A DNA stretch of 64,000 nucleotides, taken from assembly GCA_963623075.1 (NCBI GenBank), contig CAVFJZ010000005.1:7713-71712 (forward strand), given 5' to 3'. The first letter of the stretch is position 1. Each line of letters begins with the position of its first letter. The stretch is from Bacteroidaceae bacterium. GTDB taxonomy: Bacteria > Bacillota > Clostridia > Oscillospirales > Acutalibacteraceae. Under the pieces are notes generated by a model. It worked only from the letters and a program-made list of their open reading frames with translations, was not told where the DNA came from and searched no databases. The translations under genes were made by a program, and so were the position numbers. This document shows positions 58,048 through 64,000 of the stretch, piece by piece.

Positions 58048-59751
58048 ATGGCAAAAGCAAAATACGATAACAGCTGGTTTAAAGACCTGGTAGTTTACCA
58101 AATTTGGTGCCGCTCTTTTAAAGACAGTAACGGAGATGGCATTGGAGACTTAAACGGGGTTCTGGAAGAACTGGATTACATTAAGTCCCTAGGCGTAAAC
58201 TGCATCTGGTTTTCCCCGATTTACCCTTCTCCAAATGCAGACTACGGATATGACATTTCTGACTACCGTAACATCCACAAAGACTTTGGTGACTTAACTA
58301 CCTTCCAAAAGCTTTTGGACGAAGCGCATAAGCGGGATATGAAAGTAGTCATGGACTTAGTTGTTAACCACTCTTCTGACGAACACGAATGGTTCAAAGA
58401 GGGCGCCAAATCCAAAGATAACCCTTACCATGATTACTACTTCTGGCGGGACGGCCGTGGCGGCAATTCCAAAAACGGCACCAATCCCCCGAACAACTGG
58501 GTTTCCATGTTTGAAGGCGGCGCTTGGGAATATAACAAGGAGTTAGACCAATATTACCTGCATGTTTTTTCCAAAAAACAACCGGATTTGAACATGGACA
58601 ACCCGAAGGTCCGGGAAGAAGTCAAAGACATTATGCGCTTCTGGTTGGATATGGGTGTTGACGGCTTCCGGGAAGATGTTATCACCTTCATTTCCAAAAA
58701 AGAGGGCTTGCCGGACGGTTTTCCGCTCCCCATTGCCTGTGGCATAGAACACTACAATAAGGGACCGCATATTCATGAATATGTAGACGAATTCCGAAAT
58801 GACGTTATTAATCAGTATGATTGTTTTGTAGTAGCTGAATCGCCCATGACCAATGCCAAAAGTGCGCTGGAATTCACCGCAGGGGAAGACAGAGCCTTTG
58901 ATATCATGATCAGCTTTGACCACATGACGGCAGACTGCATTGCCACAGATACCATTCATATTCCGTTTTCCCTGCGCAGAATGAAGAAAGCGTTCTCCAG
59001 CTGGCAGTATAAAATGGCCCAAGGTGGTGCATGGAATGCACTTTACATTGAAAACCATGACCACCCACGTATCATTTCTCGGTATGGGTCGGAAAAATAC
59101 TGGAAAGAATCCGGAAAAATGCTGGCCACCATGTGTTACATGCAATCCGGAACTGCCTTTGTTTATCAGGGGCAGGAACTGGGTATGACGAATATCAAGC
59201 TGAAAAAGCTGGAAGATTTCAAGGACGTAGTTACCTTTAACAACGCCAAGCTTTTCAAGAAATTCGGCCTTGGCTGGTTAACACTGAAAGTAACCAACAA
59301 AACAACGCGGGAAAATGCTCGCACACCGGTTCAATGGTCTCGGGAAAAGAACGCCGGCTTCACCACCGGAACACCGTGGTTCTTTGTCAATCAAAACTAT
59401 AAGAAGGGCGTAAACCGGGCAGACGAAGAAAAAGATCCGGATTCCATCCTGCATTACTATCGGAAGTTGTTCCAAATCCGCCAGGCCGACAAAGAACTGT
59501 TTGTTCATGGTGCCTACAAGGAATTTTATCCAAGAAGCCGCAAAATTTATTGTTATGAACGCACCTGCAAAGGACGTCGTGCACTGGTTATTTGCTCCTT
59601 CTCCAAGCACAAGGTAAAATTCAAGGCACCAAAGGGATATCGGCTGACCGACGGCAAACTGATTTTGCAGAATTATGACAAAGCACCGGCCTCTGCTAAG
59701 ACCTGTAAACTGCGCCCCTATGAATGTCGTGTTTATCTTTATGAATCCTAA
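58048..59751 (+). CDS. GH13 alpha-glucosidase / oligo-1,6-glucosidase
   Basis: YQIWCRSFKDSNGDGIGDLNG, DLVVNHSSDEH, GVDGFREDV and ENHDHPR motifs. AAGGAG lies before the ATG at 58048. Confidence 0.9.
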   Translation: MAKAKYDNSWFKDLVVYQIWCRSFKDSNGDGIGDLNGVLEELDYIKSLGVNCIWFSPIYPSPNADYGYDISDYRNIHKDFGDLTTFQKLLDEAHKRDMKVVMDLVVNHSSDEHEWFKEGAKSKDNPYHDYYFWRDGRGGNSKNGTNPPNNWVSMFEGGAWEYNKELDQYYLHVFSKKQPDLNMDNPKVREEVKDIMRFWLDMGVDGFREDVITFISKKEGLPDGFPLPIACGIEHYNKGPHIHEYVDEFRNDVINQYDCFVVAESPMTNAKSALEFTAGEDRAFDIMISFDHMTADCIATDTIHIPFSLRRMKKAFSSWQYKMAQGGAWNALYIENHDHPRIISRYGSEKYWKESGKMLATMCYMQSGTAFVYQGQELGMTNIKLKKLEDFKDVVTFNNAKLFKKFGLGWLTLKVTNKTTRENARTPVQWSREKNAGFTTGTPWFFVNQNYKKGVNRADEEKDPDSILHYYRKLFQIRQADKELFVHGAYKEFYPRSRKIYCYERTCKGRRALVICSFSKHKVKFKAPKGYRLTDGKLILQNYDKAPASAKTCKLRPYECRVYLYES

Positions 59752-59834
59752 GAAAGAGCAAAGAAAAAAGATTGCTTTTTCTAAGGCTAAGTGTTATATT
59801 ATTTCACTGTAACGACTAAAGGAGAGGTGCAACT

Positions 59835-60089
59835 ATGCCTAACATTAAATCTGCTAAGAAACGTGTACTTGTAAACCAGACCAAAGCACAAAGAAACAAG
59901 TCCACCAATTCCGCACTCAAGACCGCCATTAAAAAGGCCAACATCGCCATTGAAACTGATGCTGCAGATAAGGAAGAACTTGTTAAGGCAGCCGTAAAGA
60001 AAATTGACCAGGCTCAGGCCAAGGGCATTCTTCATAAGAACAATGCTGCTCGCAAAAAGTCTGCTCTGATGACTAAGGTTGCAAAATAA
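59835..60089 (+). CDS. rpsT: 30S ribosomal protein S20
   Basis: MPNIKSAKKRV N-terminus, 84 aa. Confidence 0.95.
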   Translation: MPNIKSAKKRVLVNQTKAQRNKSTNSALKTAIKKANIAIETDAADKEELVKAAVKKIDQAQAKGILHKNNAARKKSALMTKVAK

Positions 60090-60111
60090 GCACGCGTTGA
60101 AAAGCAAAAGC

Positions 60112-60146
60112 AAACCGGTGTTCCGTTTGGAACACCGGTTTTTTCT
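60112..60146 (+). terminator. rpsT terminator
   Basis: AAACCGGTGTTCC-GTTT-GGAACACCGGTTT followed by a T-run. Confidence 0.75.
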
Positions 60147-60153
60147 TGTTTGA

Positions 60154-60882
60154 TTAACTTTCAGCAACTGAATTACTGGTGGTATTCGATTTAAAAACAG
60201 AATACCGGTTTAAATCCACGTTGCCTTCTATTCCCTGAATAGTACCACTATCCGTATATTGCCAAATATCATATGCCATTGGCAGATAGGCCGGCATGGT
60301 AGTACTGTAGGCTGCCACCCAAAAAGAATAACTTTTTAATTCGCTTACATTCAAATTATTGGTAAAGAAGCTGGCGTTGGAATATACTCCTGCACGATAT
60401 CCGGCTGCTTCAATGGTTTCACAAAAAGCTTTCACCACAGCAGTCCGTTCTTCTTTCGTCAGGTTATCCGCGCGGCCTTTGCCACCGGTACCGGTATCCT
60501 CTACGTCAATGTAGATAGGCAATTGGCATTCCCGCCCATCTACCATTTTCAAAGCTAAGTTTGCTTCTTGTACAGCCTCCTCCGGCGTAGTTGCCTGGGA
60601 ATAATAGTAAACCCCACGGTCTATGTTCAGCCGCCCACAGGCAGAGAAGTTATGATTAAACCGTTCATCTTCTTTTAGATTGCCATTGTCCCAGGTGGTA
60701 ACGCCTGCGCGGATAATGGCAAACTCTGTCCTATCATATTTCACTTCAATCCAATTAATAAAGCCTTGATGAGAGGACACGTCTATACCACAAGGCGTAT
60801 TTTGCTGGTACCGATAAACGGTAGTCCAGACCATAATACAAACCAAAATTAAAAGCAGAGGTCTTCCCACCAGCTTAAACAC
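60154..60882 (-). CDS. GH25 family lysozyme (muramidase) with N-terminal TM anchor
   Basis: GIDVSSHQG start of the GH25 barrel and DVED catalytic region. The annotated GTG start may be too short (see findings). Confidence 0.85.
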   Translation of the reverse strand: MFKLVGRPLLLILVCIMVWTTVYRYQQNTPCGIDVSSHQGFINWIEVKYDRTEFAIIRAGVTTWDNGNLKEDERFNHNFSACGRLNIDRGVYYYSQATTPEEAVQEANLALKMVDGRECQLPIYIDVEDTGTGGKGRADNLTKEERTAVVKAFCETIEAAGYRAGVYSNASFFTNNLNVSELKSYSFWVAAYSTTMPAYLPMAYDIWQYTDSGTIQGIEGNVDLNRYSVFKSNTTSNSVAES

Positions 60883-61173
60883 CGTTTTGTGACTATTTAA
60901 AAATTGCCACCACTTTTGTTGCCGGATCTTTTTCCGGAAGGCATTCCATTTTTTCTTCCAAGTCCCTGCTGATTTCCGTTTCCTATTTTTCTGCGTCCGC
61001 TGCGAATAGGTAAGTTTTTTTGTCAGTCTTTTTCTGGCCAGTGGTCTCCCCTCCTTTCCTATTTTGATTCTTTCCGGTTTTTCATTATATAGGATAATTC
61101 TTAAAAAACTATAAATAGAATAAACAGACGGGCCCCGACCAATTGGACGGAGCCCGAAGTCATGATGCTATCT

Positions 61174-62094
61174 TTATTTGATGTTGTTCGGATAAACCCC
61201 GTCTGCAACCAATTTTTGGAAAGCTTCCTTCACAATATATTTATCTTCCTGATAGGTAACCCCAAACCACTTATCTTTGGTAGGCAATACTTCTACGTCT
61301 GCCTTGCCTTCCTTTACATAGTTTCCAATGACAATAGGAACCAGATATTCGGCCTTCAAATTGCCTTCCGGCAGGTTTTTCAGGAAATCCTTAAAGCCTT
61401 CTTCCAAAGAATCAATATATTCCGGGGGACAGCCCCACATATTCATAGAACAAAGGGTATCGTCCGGGAAATAATTAATGTCGTCTCCGTTGCGCAGCGC
61501 AGCTCTACCATTAATTTTTTCAATGTCAGAAGTTTCATCCAATTGGGTCAAGAAATTACCGTCTGCCTTACATACGCCGCGAGTTACGCCACCTTGCTCA
61601 GAAAGGGTATTCTTCAGTTGGAAGCCGGCCATACACAAATGCAGCTTTCCATCTGCCGCATACGCCTTTCCGCTTTCTAAAAATTCGTGAATCAGGCGGA
61701 AGCCTTCTTTGCCATAGTAGTCATCTGCATTAATAATGGCAAATGGTTCATTTACAATGCCTTTGCAGGCAAGAATGGCTTGACCGGTTCCCCAAGGCTT
61801 TGTGCGCTGTCCGGGAGTAAAGCCATCCGGCAGATTGTCCAGTTCCTGATAGGCGTAAGCCACTTCAATCTTCTTGGCAATCCGGTCTCCAATAACTTCT
61901 CTGAAATCAGCATCCAGATCCTTGCGGATAATGAAAACAATTTTATTAAAACCGGCTTCTATGGCATCGTGGCAGGAATAATCAATAATAAGCTCTCCGC
62001 TTGGGCCAACCGGTTCCATCTGTTTAATGCCTTTTCCAAAGCGACTGCCGATTCCTGCAGCCATAACAACCAGTGTTGTTTTCATTTTTTCCAC
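61174..62094 (-). CDS. Sugar-phosphate nucleotidyltransferase family protein
   Basis: N-terminal LVVMAAGIGSRFG signature of the NTP-transferase fold. Confidence 0.75.
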   Translation of the reverse strand: MEKMKTTLVVMAAGIGSRFGKGIKQMEPVGPSGELIIDYSCHDAIEAGFNKIVFIIRKDLDADFREVIGDRIAKKIEVAYAYQELDNLPDGFTPGQRTKPWGTGQAILACKGIVNEPFAIINADDYYGKEGFRLIHEFLESGKAYAADGKLHLCMAGFQLKNTLSEQGGVTRGVCKADGNFLTQLDETSDIEKINGRAALRNGDDINYFPDDTLCSMNMWGCPPEYIDSLEEGFKDFLKNLPEGNLKAEYLVPIVIGNYVKEGKADVEVLPTKDKWFGVTYQEDKYIVKEAFQKLVADGVYPNNIK

Positions 62095-62866
62095 CTTTCT
62101 TTTTCTTAAGGGATTCTTCGTATTTAGCCACTGCTTCGTCTATGGTGCCGTCAAATACCAGTTTCCCGTTTTTAATATAAATACCCCTCTTGCAGAACTG
62201 CTTGGCAGTGCCGGCGCTGTGGGTAACTAAAAGTAAAGTTACGTTTTCTTCTGCAATCAGCTTGTTGACCTTATCTAAACATTTCTTCTTGAAATTTGCA
62301 TCTCCAACGGAAAGGGCTTCATCCACAATCAGGATTTCCGGCCGTACATTAGAGTTAATTGCAAAACCAAGTCGTGCTTTCATACCGCTGGAATAGGAGC
62401 GAACCGGCTGATCCATGTATTCGCCAATGTCGGCGAATTCAATAATTTCCGGTTCCAGGCTTTCAATTTCATCCTTTTCCAGGCCCAGTGTGGTTCCGCG
62501 AAGGTAAATATTTTCCCGTCCGGTCATTTCCGGTTCAAAGCCTGCGGTTAATTCCAGCAGGGCTGAAACACGGCCCCGAACCATAATTTCACCTTCTGTC
62601 GGAAAGCAAACGCCGGTAATCATCTTTAAAATGGTAGACTTTCCGGCGCCGTTACTGCCAACTAAAGCAACTGCCTCGCCAGGCATAACGCTAAAGCTGA
62701 CATGATCTATAGCGTCTTTTGTTTTGACTTTTAAATGTTTAAAAAAGATACTTAAGAGCCGTTGCTTGTTACCGGAATACAGCTTATACCGTTTGGAGAC
62801 ATCCCGAAATTCAATAATGGGTTGTCCCGGTTGCAAGATCTGTTCTTCTTTCTTTTTCTTTGCCAT
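62024..62866 (-). CDS. ABC transporter ATP-binding protein, polysaccharide/teichoic-acid export type (TagH/Wzt-like)
   Basis: Walker A GSNGAGKST, signature YSSGMKARL and Walker B ILIVDEAL. Confidence 0.88.
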   Translation of the reverse strand: MAKKKKEEQILQPGQPIIEFRDVSKRYKLYSGNKQRLLSIFFKHLKVKTKDAIDHVSFSVMPGEAVALVGSNGAGKSTILKMITGVCFPTEGEIMVRGRVSALLELTAGFEPEMTGRENIYLRGTTLGLEKDEIESLEPEIIEFADIGEYMDQPVRSYSSGMKARLGFAINSNVRPEILIVDEALSVGDANFKKKCLDKVNKLIAEENVTLLLVTHSAGTAKQFCKRGIYIKNGKLVFDGTIDEAVAKYEESLKKKKGGKNENNTGCYGCRNRQSLWKRH

Positions 62867-62881
62867 AGTGCGGGATCCTCC

Positions 62882-63700
62882 TTACAGTACATCCGGAATT
62901 TCCTTGCGCAAGCGTTTGTAGCTCCAAACAGCAAGGAAGAGCATAATGAACAGTTCCACCAGAAAAGCCAAAAGCTGACGTGGATGTTCCCAGAACCAGT
63001 AAGATCCCATAAAGGAATGGCGGATACCGTAAACCAAATAGGTAATTGGATTCAGCTTCAGAATAATTTGAATTACAGGACTCGTTATTGTTTCTACATT
63101 AAAGAGGATACCGGACCCCCAAAGCAAAGCAAATACAAGAGATTTTACCAATTGAGAGAAGTCCTGTGAAATGGCGGAAACCGGTCCCGCAAATAAGGAC
63201 CAAGCTGTAAACATAACAAACGACAGGAACAAGAATAACGGAATCTGCAGCCAATATATATTCGGCATATAGCCGCGAATGGGATGCAGAATGCAAACCA
63301 CTACAATCAGGACCATATTTACAGAGAAATTAGAAAGGCTGACAATAGTTGGAATGGTAGATACCGGATAATGCATTTTGGTAATCAAGTACCGATATTT
63401 CCGCATACAGTCTGTGCCACGGTTTAACATGTCTGAAATATAAAACCACGGCACCAAACCGTCTATCAGCCAGAGAAAATAATCATAATTTGTCATGCCT
63501 TTGTCAGCACGAAGTCCGATGGTCATGGCAAACCAATAAATAAAAATGGTAATAACCGGTTTGATAACGGCCCAAGACCAGCCAAGGGCCGATCCACGGT
63601 AGGTACGAATTAAATCCGATTTTGCCATTTTCAAGGTTTGTTCTTTATAGTCAGAATGATCTGTTATGATCTCTTTGATGGTTGTCAAATATCCGCTCAT
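62882..63700 (-). CDS. ABC-2 type transporter permease (TagG/Wzm-like)
   Basis: Six predicted TM helices. Lies directly upstream of the ATPase gene. Confidence 0.85.
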   Translation of the reverse strand: MSGYLTTIKEIITDHSDYKEQTLKMAKSDLIRTYRGSALGWSWAVIKPVITIFIYWFAMTIGLRADKGMTNYDYFLWLIDGLVPWFYISDMLNRGTDCMRKYRYLITKMHYPVSTIPTIVSLSNFSVNMVLIVVVCILHPIRGYMPNIYWLQIPLFLFLSFVMFTAWSLFAGPVSAISQDFSQLVKSLVFALLWGSGILFNVETITSPVIQIILKLNPITYLVYGIRHSFMGSYWFWEHPRQLLAFLVELFIMLFLAVWSYKRLRKEIPDVL

Positions 63701-63913
63701 TCACTACCCTCTCGTTCTTTCCATAGATGTTTGTATTTTACCACGGATAAGAAAGCATAGCAAATAATGAAACTGTAACCTTCCTTTTAAGTTCATTTAA
63801 GTTGCGGCCTTTATAGTTAAGACAAGCTCAACGGGACTTCTCCCCCCGCTGAGTTGGAAGGAAAAAAGTAGAAACCCCATAACTCGCTTTTTTAATTTCA
63901 TTTCTCCTATTTC

Positions 63914-63954
63914 AAAAGGGAAAGCCCGGACTAAGGTCCGGGCTTTTCCCTTTT
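63914..63954. terminator. Strong symmetric hairpin, probable terminator of a gene beyond the window edge
   Basis: AAAAGGGAAAGCCCGGAC-TAAG-GTCCGGGCTTTTCCCTTTT. Confidence 0.55.
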
Positions 63955-64000
63955 CTGCTTTTTGCGTTTTTAGCCAAACTTTGTCAAAAAATAAGTGGAT

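Noticed and set aside
62024-62094. 71-nt overlap between the ABC ATPase ORF and the downstream nucleotidyltransferase gene.
   Set aside because: The ATPase domain is complete well before the overlap. The tail (KKKKGGKNENNTG...) is low-complexity read-through. The nucleotidyltransferase may also start at the second ATG (62085). I see no evidence of a programmed event.
63798-63901. 34-codon minus-strand ORF (MKLKKRVMGFLLFSFQLSGG...) upstream of the ABC permease gene.
   Set aside because: The GGAG is only 2 nt from the ATG, which is poor spacing. The region also forms a hairpin, and I have no conservation evidence. It is too weak to call.

Overview
This 64-kb window comes from a mid-GC Gram-positive anaerobe. 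The gene content looks Clostridia-like: an SLH-domain protein, QueH, TmcAL, DUF1292, a DUF4367 anti-sigma factor and remnants of large serine recombinases. All calls below come from reading the supplied translations and the DNA by eye; no searches were run.

Most of the window is ordinary chromosome:
- metE-metF, obg, mrnC, yebC, citrate synthase, mtaB, azlCD, tmcAL, ackA
- queH, alr, trmO, paaK-like gene plus ACT gene, fba, GH13 alpha-glucosidase, rpsT
- a tagGH-like ABC exporter and one tRNA-Leu(UAG)

Four accessory regions stand out.

1. An island of about 11 kb (10771-21731) lies between the two arms of a 22/23-nt inverted repeat. Joined together, the arms would form the yebC terminator hairpin.
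- It carries a six-gene, translationally coupled type I R-M operon: XRE, hsdM, hsdS, an unknown 281-aa gene, hsdR and an AbiTii-like gene.
- It also carries degenerate 60-bp repeats, a frameshifted and truncated Prim-Pol/P4-type primase, and the C-terminal stump of a large serine recombinase.
- The unknown gene wedged between hsdS and hsdR, together with the AbiTii-like tail gene, is my best candidate for an undescribed defence module.

2. A second decayed element (about 29.6-32.6 kb) has another serine-recombinase stump, a lipoprotein, a 329-aa unknown protein, and a 137-bp tandem repeat with seven copies of GCGCTCATTT.

3. A tandemly duplicated surface-protein cassette (36.0-39.0 kb) has divergent 5' parts and a 158-bp perfectly identical tract. 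A pilin-like gene follows it.

4. An AT-rich block (42.3-46.6 kb) holds a WYL regulator, a sigma/anti-sigma pair, a truncated DUF4367 paralogue and a secreted amidase.

Two enzyme-like genes appear catalytically dead: a zinc-ribbon/PASTA pseudokinase and a lipase homologue without its nucleophile Ser. I saw no CRISPR array, no rRNA and no recognisable riboswitch.
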